Positions 43,225-52,107 of a stretch of DNA of 64,000 nucleotides are shown here, in pieces (position 1 is the first letter of the stretch; every line of letters begins with the position of its first letter). The stretch covers positions 1,408,313 through 1,472,312 of the forward strand of contig CBDFKV010000007.1 of assembly GCA_965249035.1 (NCBI GenBank). Direction: 5' to 3'. The translations under genes were made by a program, and so were the position numbers. The notes under the pieces were generated by a model. It ran no database searches. It saw only the letters and a program-made list of their open reading frames with translations, and was not told the DNA's origin. This DNA comes from Candidatus Poriferihabitaceae bacterium. GTDB lineage: Bacteria > Pseudomonadota > Gammaproteobacteria > Arenicellales > Poriferihabitantaceae.

Positions 43225-43914
43225 ATGGCAACATTCACACCTGGCAAACACTTTTGTACGGGAGCTCTTGAGCCATTTCCTGATGTCGAACTGGCCAATA
43301 GCGATGGTTTGCTGGCATCCGGCGGTGACCTATCCCCTGAGCGATTACTGTGCGCATATAGCCAAGGGATTTTCCCTTGGTTTTCAGAGGGCCAGCCGAT
43401 TCTGTGGTGGTCTCCAGACCCACGCTGCGTACTCTACCCTAAGCAGTTTCAATCACGCCGTAGCTTGCAGCAATCGATCAGAAAACACTCATTCGAGTTC
43501 CAAGTAGATACCGCATTTGCCCAAGTGATCCAAGCCTGCGCGGCACCACGAGCCAGTGATAAAGGCGGCACCTGGATTACCAACGATATGCAAGATGCCT
43601 ATCTACACCTGCACCAACTGTGTATCGCCCATTCAGTCGAATGTTGGCAACGAAATCAGTTGGTGGGTGGCTTATACGGCGTTGTCATCGGCAGCGTGTT
43701 TTTTGGTGAAAGCATGTTCAGCGACGTCAGCGATGCTTCCAAGGCAGCGCTGTGGTTTCTGTGTAAACAGTATGCACAGATCAGCCTGATTGACTGCCAA
43801 ATGACCACCTCCCACCTGTTATCGCTAGGTGCCATTGAAATTCCGCGAGTCCAATTTTTGCGAGAAATAGAAACGGCAATTCACCATCTGCCAGTGGTTG
43901 GGGCTACAATCTAG
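43225..43914 (+). CDS. aat: Leucyl/phenylalanyl-tRNA--protein transferase
   Basis: GGDLSPERLLCAYSQGIFPWF...ILWWSPDPR... Start chosen at the ATG at 43225. Confidence 0.92.
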   Translation: MATFTPGKHFCTGALEPFPDVELANSDGLLASGGDLSPERLLCAYSQGIFPWFSEGQPILWWSPDPRCVLYPKQFQSRRSLQQSIRKHSFEFQVDTAFAQVIQACAAPRASDKGGTWITNDMQDAYLHLHQLCIAHSVECWQRNQLVGGLYGVVIGSVFFGESMFSDVSDASKAALWFLCKQYAQISLIDCQMTTSHLLSLGAIEIPRVQFLREIETAIHHLPVVGATI

Positions 43915-43916
43915 CC

Positions 43917-44630
43917 ATGACCAAGCCCCCAGAATTTCCCACGCTGTATTTGTCGATCGCGCATGATTGCCCGTATCTACCCGATGAAACGGCAACCAGC
44001 CTGCTGTTCGACCCGTCTTCTGAAGTGACCGACACGATGTACAGCGCTGCGGTAAGGCTTGGTTTTCGTCGCAGTGGTGACATGGTGTATCGACCTTATT
44101 GCCTATCATGCACAGCCTGCATCCCCGTACGAGTTCCGGTCGCACAATTTCAACCGAACCGTAGTCAGCGCCGCTGTAACCAGCGCAACCGGGATTTGTC
44201 GATCGCCTTTCTGGACATGGATTACGATACCGAGCATTTTGAGTTGTTCAAGCGGTATCAACGCTGGAAACACCCCGGTGATGCGATGGATCATGGCGAC
44301 CAAGATCGCTACCTTTCGTCGATGTTGGACACACCGGTTCAGTCAGCATTGCTAGAAATCCGTAAAGAGCAAGAACTGTTGGCGGTTTCGGTGATTGACA
44401 TGCTGGATGATGGTTTTTCCGCGGTTTACACCTTTTTCTCACCGGAGCACGCTGAGCGCAGCCTTGGCACCTATGCCATTTTAGCCCTGCTAGCCAAAGC
44501 ACGCACCATCGGTGTCGCTCACATCTATCTCGGTTACTGGATTAAAAACTGCGGAAAAATGAGTTACAAAACACGGTTTCAGGCGCTGGAAGGCTATATC
44601 GACAACCACTGGCAAGCGCTCACCGATTAG
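43917..44630 (+). CDS. bpt: Arginyl-tRNA--protein transferase-like (bacterial Bpt, aspartate/glutamate leucyltransferase)
   Basis: 237 aa: CPYLPDETA...GFRRSG...YRPYCLSCTACIPVRV... Follows aat. Confidence 0.88.
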   Translation: MTKPPEFPTLYLSIAHDCPYLPDETATSLLFDPSSEVTDTMYSAAVRLGFRRSGDMVYRPYCLSCTACIPVRVPVAQFQPNRSQRRCNQRNRDLSIAFLDMDYDTEHFELFKRYQRWKHPGDAMDHGDQDRYLSSMLDTPVQSALLEIRKEQELLAVSVIDMLDDGFSAVYTFFSPEHAERSLGTYAILALLAKARTIGVAHIYLGYWIKNCGKMSYKTRFQALEGYIDNHWQALTD

Positions 44631-44659
44631 CTAAAACCAGCGGGGAAACGAACATGACC

Positions 44660-45070
44660 TCAGTTGGCGCCGTGTTCCGCTTGGTAGTGGGCTTTGTACC
44701 AGTCTGGCTCGTTTAGATCGGCATCGTATAAAAACTCAGCAATGGCGCGAACCTGCTCCTCAGGATAAGGCAATGTCAGCATCACCCCAAATCGGCGTAC
44801 GGCACCGGGCATTAGCGCAGTCTCCGGGTTAGGCGCTGCCACCCAATTGACCACGTAATTCACAAAGCTATCTCTGTCGGAGTGCTGGCGAATAACATGA
44901 TTTTTCATGCCAAATGCGGGTGGGGCGACCGTCGGCTGACCGGTAGCAACATGGCAATTGCCGCACAGTCGGCCATACAACTCGGCAGGGTCATCACTTG
45001 CCACTACTGGCTGTAGCGATAACCCTAAAGATAGCCCAAATAACCCGATCCCAATCACTAGATTTTTCAT
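44660..45070 (-). CDS. Small periplasmic c-type cytochrome-like protein
   Basis: Signal peptide MKNLVIGIGLFGLSLGLSLQPVVA and a single CGNCH heme-binding motif. Confidence 0.7.
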   Translation of the reverse strand: MKNLVIGIGLFGLSLGLSLQPVVASDDPAELYGRLCGNCHVATGQPTVAPPAFGMKNHVIRQHSDRDSFVNYVVNWVAAPNPETALMPGAVRRFGVMLTLPYPEEQVRAIAEFLYDADLNEPDWYKAHYQAEHGAN

Positions 45071-45187
45071 GTTGCTACACCAATTATTTGCCAAGTGAGG
45101 ACTATATCATTGCATGATAAATGGCCCCTTAACATTCGCACCCAATCAGTCTCGGTTTCAATTATATTCATTCGTGCTATCAAAGAG

Positions 45188-46993
45188 TTACTTTCGTTCC
45201 TTACGCTGTTGGCGTGAGGGTTTTTTCGACGCTCGAGGCGGTTTCTCAGCCGGCCTTTTCCTTGCTGGAGCGGCTCGATTCGGGCGCTTATTGGCATAAT
45301 CGGGCTTGCCACCACCAGTCAGCAGAGATATCTGCAATTGTTGTCCTGCGACCCACACTTTTTTCAGTGTGTTGAACAAGTCTTTAGGCATCCCTTCTGG
45401 TAAATCAACCACAGTATGATCGGTATTAATCGTAATCTGGCCAATCAGCTTGGCATCCAGGCCGACTTCATTGGCGATTGCGCCGACGATATTGGCGGGT
45501 TTGACCTCATGAATACTGCCCACTTCGAGCCGGTATCGCTTCATGCCCTTTTCCAGCGACTCAAGACTTCTTGGGCCTCGCTCACCCCTCTGATTGCGAT
45601 CACCACGTGAGCGACGTTCACGTTGCGGGCGTTGTTCTCGATCCCAGCTTTGGTCAGGCTTGCGTTGCGGTTTATTCACCACTAACAATGGTGTATCACC
45701 TTGCAATAAATGAGCCAGAGCAGCAGCTATGTCCCGGCCTGGTGCATCGTGCTCTTGCTCATATTGTTCGATCAACTGGGTGAAAAATGCCAAGTCTTTG
45801 TTGGCCAATGTGTCGGAAATGCGTTGCTTGAAATTAGCGACCCGTTTGTCATTAATAATTTCTGTCGACGGCAATTCCATTTTTTCGATTTTTTGCCGCG
45901 TCGCTTTTTCAATCGCAGCGAGCAAGCGCCGTTCACGCGGAGCGACAAACAAGATCGCATCACCTTTTTCCCCAGCGCGGCCCGTTCGTCCAATTCGATG
46001 CACATAGGCCTCGGTATCGTAAGGGATATCATAATTGACCACGTGGCTAATACGACGAACATCAAGGCCACGGGCCGCCACATCGGTCGCTACCAAAATA
46101 TCTAACTTGCCCTTTTTAAGGTTATCGACAGTCCGCTCGCGTTGATTTTGCTGTATATCCCCATTCAGTGGCGCTGAAGCATAACCACGGGCTTGCAGCT
46201 TGTCTGATAACTCAGCGGTCGCCATTTTAGTACGCACAAAAATGAGCATCGCATCGAATACTTCTGCCTCAAGGATTCGGGTTAAGGCATCCAGCTTGTG
46301 CATGCCGCTAACCGGCCAATAACGTTGGCGAATCGTATCTGCAGTAGTGGTTTTGACCTTAATCGTGATTTGTGCCGGATCATTCAGATGACGGGTCGCA
46401 ATGCGTCGGATTTGAGTCGGCATGGTTGCCGAAAATAGGGCAATCTGCCGGTCAGACGGTGTTTGCTCGAGTATCCATTCAACATCATCGATAAAGCCCA
46501 TACGCAGCATTTCATCGGCTTCATCCAGCACCAAGGTACTGAGCTTATCCAACTTTAAGGTGCCACGACGCATATGATCCATGACCCGCCCAGGCGTTCC
46601 GACCACTACGTGCACACCGCGCTTCAAACCGCGCATTTGGCCACGATAATCCTGACCGCCGTAGATCGGTAAAACATGAAAGCCTTTCAATTGCGACGCA
46701 TAGGTCTGAAACGCTTCCGCGACCTGAATGGCCAGCTCCCGAGTCGGCGCCAACACCAACACTTGCGGATCTTTTTGAGTTAAATCCAGGTTTGACAGAA
46801 TTGGCAGGGCAAAGGCGGCGGTTTTTCCGGTACCGGTTTGTGCCTGGCCTAATACATCTCTGCCTTCCAGCAGCAATGGAATAGTTTGCGCCTGGATCGG
46901 CGAAGGTGTTTCGTAGCCCACTGTCTCCAAAGCTTTCATGAGCTCAGGCTTGAGTCCTAATTGTTTAAACGCGGTTACCGGTTCGGTTGTCAT
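45188..46993 (-). CDS. deaD: Cold-shock DEAD-box RNA helicase DeaD/CsdA
   Basis: 601 aa with AQTGTGKT, DEAD, SAT and HRIGRTGRAG motifs, a C-terminal DbpA-like RNA-binding domain and a basic tail. Confidence 0.93.
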   Translation of the reverse strand: MTTEPVTAFKQLGLKPELMKALETVGYETPSPIQAQTIPLLLEGRDVLGQAQTGTGKTAAFALPILSNLDLTQKDPQVLVLAPTRELAIQVAEAFQTYASQLKGFHVLPIYGGQDYRGQMRGLKRGVHVVVGTPGRVMDHMRRGTLKLDKLSTLVLDEADEMLRMGFIDDVEWILEQTPSDRQIALFSATMPTQIRRIATRHLNDPAQITIKVKTTTADTIRQRYWPVSGMHKLDALTRILEAEVFDAMLIFVRTKMATAELSDKLQARGYASAPLNGDIQQNQRERTVDNLKKGKLDILVATDVAARGLDVRRISHVVNYDIPYDTEAYVHRIGRTGRAGEKGDAILFVAPRERRLLAAIEKATRQKIEKMELPSTEIINDKRVANFKQRISDTLANKDLAFFTQLIEQYEQEHDAPGRDIAAALAHLLQGDTPLLVVNKPQRKPDQSWDREQRPQRERRSRGDRNQRGERGPRSLESLEKGMKRYRLEVGSIHEVKPANIVGAIANEVGLDAKLIGQITINTDHTVVDLPEGMPKDLFNTLKKVWVAGQQLQISLLTGGGKPDYANKRPNRAAPARKRPAEKPPRASKKPSRQQRKERK

Positions 46994-47247
46994 ATCTTGT
47001 TTCCTGAAACTAGTGGTTCAAGGCAGAGCTAATCCAGCCGCCTTGGTCGAAAATAGCTGCGTTGCTGTTTACCAGAAAAGTCGATAAACGGCGTAAAAAG
47101 TGAATCAATGATGAATAAACGGGGTCTATCTCAGCAAAACATCAGAAAAATCAAGCCAATTCGCGGGTTTGCGACCCCATGAGTTGCCACACCTAACGAC
47201 TTGCCGTACACTCCGCGCTCGTTTTATTCATTCGGAGACGCGCCAAG

Positions 47248-47466
47248 GTGGCAAAAGAAGAGCATATTGAAATGGAAGGAACGGTTATTGATACCCTTCC
47301 CAACACACAGTTTAAAGTCCAACTGGAAAATGGACACGAAGTTATCGCCCATATATCCGGCAAAATGCGCAAGTATTACATTCGCATTCTGCGCGGCGAT
47401 AAAGTAACGGTGCAATTAACGCCGTACGATCTAAGCAAAGGGCGCATCACCTTTCGCATGAAATAA
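47248..47466 (+). CDS. infA: Translation initiation factor IF-1
   Basis: 72 aa: (GTG)[54 protein letters not shown]..., nearly identical to enterobacterial IF-1. Confidence 0.98.
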   Translation: MAKEEHIEMEGTVIDTLPNTQFKVQLENGHEVIAHISGKMRKYYIRILRGDKVTVQLTPYDLSKGRITFRMK

Positions 47467-47518
47467 TTGCTTCTGAGGTAATCTCCCCGAAGCATCCCGC
47501 AACAAGCAACACATTCAA

Positions 47519-47553
47519 TAAAAAAGCCCCGGCGGTAGTGCGGGGCTTTTTTA
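47519..47553. terminator. Bidirectional rho-independent terminator between infA and rpmG
   Basis: AAAAAGCCCCG-GCGGTAGTG-CGGGGCTTTTTT. The GC stem is flanked by an A-run and a T-run, so it works on either strand. Confidence 0.8.
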
Positions 47554-47628
47554 TTGACTAACCAAAATCAGGCAACCACTATTGGTAATCGATCGGGCCA
47601 ATTGATTTTGGGTCAATAGTAATAGGCC

Positions 47629-47784
47629 CTACTTGATCTTCACCTCTTTATAGGGAACGTGCTTGCGAACCACGGGATCAAACTTTTTGATCTCCAGCTT
47701 TTCAGACATAGTGCGCTTGTTTTTGGTCGTGGTGTAATAATGCCCCGTACCTGCACTGGAAACGAGCTTAATTTTATCTCTCAT
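47629..47784 (-). CDS. rpmG: 50S ribosomal protein L33
   Basis: Below the ORF-track size cutoff. My minus-strand translation gives [51 protein letters not shown] (51 aa), directly downstream of rpmB. Confidence 0.93.
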   Translation of the reverse strand: MRDKIKLVSSAGTGHYYTTTKNKRTMSEKLEIKKFDPVVRKHVPYKEVKIK

Positions 47785-47813
47785 AATAATTTTCCTAAGA
47801 AGCTGACTAGCGT

Positions 47814-48050
47814 CTAAACTTTAATACCACGCGCTTGCATATCTTCGAGAACGCTGTCGATGCCGTTCTTATCGATCACACGCAAGCCTTGAGATGAGAC
47901 GCGCAGACGCACCCATCGGCTTTGACTTTCGACCCATATCTTCTTGTTATGCAGATTGGGCAGAAATTTACGTTTGGTCCGATTGTTCGCGTGCGACACG
48001 TTGTTGCCGACCGTAGTCTTCTTACCAGTAACTTGACAGACTCTTGACAT
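47814..48050 (-). CDS. rpmB: 50S ribosomal protein L28
   Basis: [34 protein letters not shown]... (78 aa from the ATG at 48050). Confidence 0.95.
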   Translation of the reverse strand: MSRVCQVTGKKTTVGNNVSHANNRTKRKFLPNLHNKKIWVESQSRWVRLRVSSQGLRVIDKNGIDSVLEDMQARGIKV

Positions 48051-48190
48051 GATTCTTACCTTGTTGATTTCTGGCCGACCAGCGGCCACGCAAAATTCGG
48101 GAGCGCGTTTATACCAGAATGGTAACGAAAAAGGTAGCTTTTCGTTGTAGTTGTCTGGCTAAATTCAGCATTTTTGACCTACGCTCGATT

Positions 48191-48958
48191 ATGGAGCTTT
48201 TGCTCGCGCTATTCAACACCTGGACCGGAGGGCAATGGCTCGCAGTGTGTGCCATTTTCATCTGGAGTGGTTTCGTGCGCACCGGCCTTGGCTTTGGTGG
48301 TGCAGCATTGGCATTACCGTTCTTGTTAATGGTCAAACCCGACCCCTTGTATTGGCTGCCGATCGTTGCGATCCAGTTATTGTTTTTCACCGCACTGACG
48401 GTTTCTCATCGCCTTAAAAACATCGATTGGCAGTATTTGGGTAAATCGCTGTCCATCATGATTATTCCCAAAATTATTGGGGTACTGGGGTTGATCACTT
48501 TGCCGCCCATTGTTTTGGTGGTTTTTGTCTATTCGGTTACCTTGGTCTATGCGCTAACTTACATTTTTGGCTACGTGATCAAAAGCCGCTACCGTTGGCT
48601 GGATACCCTGTTGTTGGTGCTTGGCGGCTATGTTACTGGCACATCGCTGATCGGTGCGCCCTTGATCGCCGCGGTATATGCGCAACATGTTGCCATCCAT
48701 CAGCTTCGTGACACCTTATTCGTGCTCTGGTTTATCCTGGTGACTATCAAGATGAGCACTTTTATCGTGCTGGATGTCCCTCTGAATGGGCAAATGTGCG
48801 TGCTATTGATCCCTATCGTCGCAATCGGTCACTTGATCGGCCTTAGGGTCCACCAGCAGCTGCTAGAGGCTGGCGGTGTGACCTTCAAAAAATATATCGG
48901 ACTAGGACTGGCGTTGGTATGCTTAGTTGGCTTGTGGCGGGCGCTCAGCCTGGCATGA
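48191..48958 (+). CDS. TauE/SafE-family (sulfite exporter-like) membrane protein
   Basis: Polytopic membrane protein with the GFGGAALALPFL motif typical of TauE/SafE. Start at the ATG at 48191. Confidence 0.75.
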   Translation: MELLLALFNTWTGGQWLAVCAIFIWSGFVRTGLGFGGAALALPFLLMVKPDPLYWLPIVAIQLLFFTALTVSHRLKNIDWQYLGKSLSIMIIPKIIGVLGLITLPPIVLVVFVYSVTLVYALTYIFGYVIKSRYRWLDTLLLVLGGYVTGTSLIGAPLIAAVYAQHVAIHQLRDTLFVLWFILVTIKMSTFIVLDVPLNGQMCVLLIPIVAIGHLIGLRVHQQLLEAGGVTFKKYIGLGLALVCLVGLWRALSLA

Positions 48959-49103
48959 TCAAACCTACTAAGCGTTCTGTGCCGAACACTTATTTTTCAA
49001 TATTATCTTTTGGATTTTATCTAACTTGCACGCCCCGATTTACGTATAATTACTTGCTTATTTACATTTCACCCGCCACCCGCTGAGGCACGAGGAACAA
49101 CCC

Positions 49104-49751
49104 ATGAATTCTGACCAAGCTCGCAGTAATATGATTGAGCAACAAATTCGCCCTTGGAATGTTAATCAACCAGCGGTTTTAGCGGCGCTTGAATCAGTGC
49201 GTCGTGAAGATTTTGTGCCCAACTCGCACCAGGCTTTGGCATTTTCAGACGTTGCGATACCTTTGGATAACGGCAGCCACATGCTTGAACCCAAAGTCGC
49301 CGCGCAGCTGGCAAACACGATGAACCTGCAATCAGAAGATACGGTCCTGCAAATAGGCGCTGGCAGTGGCTATTTAACCGCACTATTGGCACAGCTGGCC
49401 CACCGCGTTACCGTGATCGAGCAAGACCCGATCACGGCCGAAGCCGCCCAGCAAAAGATCGCGATGGCGGGCATCGAAAATGTGCACTATAGCGATACGC
49501 CAACAGCCAGCTCGATTGACTTAGTCGATGCCATTGTTATTCGCGACGGTGTTCGTACGGTAGATGATCGTCTGTTTGAGCAATTAGCTGTTAACGGCCG
49601 ATTAGTCGCCGTCGTTGGTGATTTACCCACCATGGAATTGACCCAATTTATCAAGCATAGTGATCGTATCGAAGCCCATTCAATCGTGGATACGGTCGTT
49701 CCACACGCCTCTGCCCAAGCTTCGGCAGACACCAGAATTTTTGTATTTTGA
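49104..49751 (+). CDS. Protein-L-isoaspartate O-methyltransferase family protein (Pcm-like)
   Basis: 215 aa with a SAM-binding VLQIGAGSGYLTALLA motif. Gene pairing with tolC is as seen in other gammaproteobacteria. Confidence 0.8.
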   Translation: MNSDQARSNMIEQQIRPWNVNQPAVLAALESVRREDFVPNSHQALAFSDVAIPLDNGSHMLEPKVAAQLANTMNLQSEDTVLQIGAGSGYLTALLAQLAHRVTVIEQDPITAEAAQQKIAMAGIENVHYSDTPTASSIDLVDAIVIRDGVRTVDDRLFEQLAVNGRLVAVVGDLPTMELTQFIKHSDRIEAHSIVDTVVPHASAQASADTRIFVF

Positions 49752-49771
49752 TTGAGCCTTTAGACTATCCC

Positions 49772-51097
49772 ATGAAACACCTATTATCTCGAGTCGCGCC
49801 GACAGCCCTGCTGCTTGGCTTGGTAGTGAGCCCAGCCTCAGCGATAGGTATCGCGGAAATTTATGCGTTGGCAGAAGCTAATAATGCTGGTTTTGCCGGC
49901 AAGCAAGCTGAATTTGCTGCCGCTCAAGAAAATCTCCCACTCGCCAAATCGGCGCTGCGCCCTAAATTAAACACCTCATTTGGGCTTAATCGGCAGTACA
50001 GCAAATCTAGGCCTGATGGCGAAGCAAGCTCTGATGCTACCTGGAACGGTAAGCAACTTGCTTTAGCGCTACAGCATAAGCTGTATGACCGTTCCAGCAA
50101 GACCGCCATCAAACAAGCTGAGTTGGGCGTGGATATCGCAGCACACCAGTTTAGCGCTGCCGAAGAAGACTTAATTATCGATACTGCGACGAGCTACTTT
50201 GCCGTTTTAACCGCGCAAGATAGCAAAACGTTGGCAGAACGAGAACTCACGGCTATTGGTCGTCAACTCGACTTGGCCCAACAGCGGCTGGACGTTGGCC
50301 TAGGCACCAAAACCGACCTGTATGATGCCAATGCACGTTTTCAACTAACCAATGCCAATTTGATTGCTGCTGATAACGAAATCAGTAATAGCAAGCGGGC
50401 GCTGGAAGCTTTGATCGGCATGCCATTAACTGTCGCTCTCGCACAGCTGTCTGATCAAAAAATCGAACTCAGCAATGACCAAGGCATTGATAGTTGGATC
50501 ACCGCTGCACTCGAAACCAATAGTGGCCTCGCTGTGCAAGAACTGCAGACCGAGGTAGCTAAGCTTGAGCTTGATAAAGCCGAGCAAGCGCGTCACCCCA
50601 CCTTAAGCCTGGAAGGCTCCGCCAGCCGGGCTGATAGCGATACCTCACTTTCCAGACCAGCAGGCGACTCTGATGCCTGGAATATTGGACTGCAGTTAGC
50701 ATTGCCCATTTACCAAGGTGGAGCAATCGCAGCAACCCAGCGCCAGGCGGGTTATCAATACGCGCAAGCGAGCAGTACTTTAGAGCAAACTCGGCGCACC
50801 ATTAGCACCTCCGTCGGCAGTGCCTACAGCGGGATTAAAAGCCTGCAATTGCAGGTTGATGCCTTGGCAGAAGCAGTCAAAGCCAGCGAAAGTGCGCTTG
50901 AAGCTAAAGAAGAAGGCTTTAAGGCAGGCGTCAGCACCAATTTGGACGTCCTGGATAGCCAACGAGACTTATTTTCGGCACAACGCAATTTTCTCAAGGC
51001 GCGCTACGATACCGTTATTGCGCTGCTCCAGCTCGAAAAAGTTACAGGCACATTAAACACCGAAGATATTGTGCGTATCAACGGCTGGCTTCAGTAA
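49772..51097 (+). CDS. tolC: TolC-family outer membrane channel
   Basis: Signal peptide MKHLLSRVAPTALLLGLVVSPASA and a duplicated OEP repeat architecture. Start at the ATG at 49772; a TTG at 49748 is also possible. Confidence 0.88.
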   Translation: MKHLLSRVAPTALLLGLVVSPASAIGIAEIYALAEANNAGFAGKQAEFAAAQENLPLAKSALRPKLNTSFGLNRQYSKSRPDGEASSDATWNGKQLALALQHKLYDRSSKTAIKQAELGVDIAAHQFSAAEEDLIIDTATSYFAVLTAQDSKTLAERELTAIGRQLDLAQQRLDVGLGTKTDLYDANARFQLTNANLIAADNEISNSKRALEALIGMPLTVALAQLSDQKIELSNDQGIDSWITAALETNSGLAVQELQTEVAKLELDKAEQARHPTLSLEGSASRADSDTSLSRPAGDSDAWNIGLQLALPIYQGGAIAATQRQAGYQYAQASSTLEQTRRTISTSVGSAYSGIKSLQLQVDALAEAVKASESALEAKEEGFKAGVSTNLDVLDSQRDLFSAQRNFLKARYDTVIALLQLEKVTGTLNTEDIVRINGWLQ

Positions 51098-51205
51098 GTA
51101 CTCACTGCGTTCCTCGCCACAAATCAACTCCCATTGATATCAGCGCCTTCATTGGCAATGCACTCTAGTTTGTAACCCCTCTGGCTGATCCAGCCGACAA
51201 GACTC

Positions 51206-51982
51206 ATGGCTAAATACATTTCTGAAAAAGTAACTTGGGTGCATCACTGGAATGATCGACTGTTCAGTTTTCGTACTGGGCGCGAGCGATCCTTTCGGTT
51301 TGAAAATGGTCAATTCGTCATGATTGGACTGATGATCGACGATAAGCCACTAATGCGTGCTTATAGTATCGCCAGCCCCAATTACGAAGACTATTTGGAA
51401 TTTTTCAGCATCAAGGTGCAGGATGGCCCGCTCACATCCATCCTGCGAAACCTTCAAGTCGGTGATGAAATCCTGATTTCAACCAAGCCCACTGGCACGC
51501 TGGTTAATTATCGGCTGATCCCTGGCAAACACCTGTATTTACTCAGCACCGGCACCGGTATGGCGCCATTTCTCAGTATCATCCAAGACCCAGAGATTTA
51601 TGAAGCCTATGACAAGGTTATTTTGACTCACGGGGTCAGAGACCTCTCGGAGCTGGCGTACGAAGAGTTGATCTTAAACGAACTACCCAACAACGAATAT
51701 TTCGGTGATTTGGTTCGAGAAAAATTGATTTATTATCCCACCGTTACCCGCGAACCCTATAAAAACCACGGCAGACTGACTGATTTAATCACCTCAGGAA
51801 AGCTGTTCAAAGACATCAACATGCCAGAGCCGACGATCGAAAATGATCGCTTCATGATCTGCGGAAACCCTGGAATGTTACGTGATTTAACTGCCATTTT
51901 AGAACAAAAAGGCTTCCATGAAACCGTTCGCGCCGACACTGGTCACTACGTCATTGAACGCGCTTTCGTCGAAAAAGGTTAG
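51206..51982 (+). CDS. fpr: Ferredoxin--NADP(+) reductase
   Basis: 258 aa with RAYSIAS (the RxYS FAD motif), LLSTGTGMAPF and a C-terminal ...YVIERAFVEKG. Confidence 0.92.
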   Translation: MAKYISEKVTWVHHWNDRLFSFRTGRERSFRFENGQFVMIGLMIDDKPLMRAYSIASPNYEDYLEFFSIKVQDGPLTSILRNLQVGDEILISTKPTGTLVNYRLIPGKHLYLLSTGTGMAPFLSIIQDPEIYEAYDKVILTHGVRDLSELAYEELILNELPNNEYFGDLVREKLIYYPTVTREPYKNHGRLTDLITSGKLFKDINMPEPTIENDRFMICGNPGMLRDLTAILEQKGFHETVRADTGHYVIERAFVEKG

Positions 51983-52035
51983 CTTTGTTTGCTCGGCTCC
52001 GGCTTTACTTAGCTCTAACCGGTATTGAACACTCA

Positions 52036-52069
52036 CAAAAAAGGCGAGCTGAGTTAGCCCGCCTTTTTA
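52036..52069. terminator. Bidirectional terminator between convergent fpr and lon
   Basis: AAAAAAGGCGAGCT-GAGTT-AGCCCGCCTTTTT. The 11-bp stem has one mismatch and is flanked by an A-run and a T-run. Confidence 0.7.
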
Positions 52070-52107
52070 GCTCATTGCTGCTCATTCCGCCAGCACATCC
52101 CTTACCC

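Noticed and set aside
45067-45315. Small ORFs at gene junctions (45067-45315, 35066-35296, 51985-52182, 55058-55339, 47201-47415).
   Set aside because: They overlap the ends of strong genes or terminators, lack Shine-Dalgarno sequences and have implausible composition.
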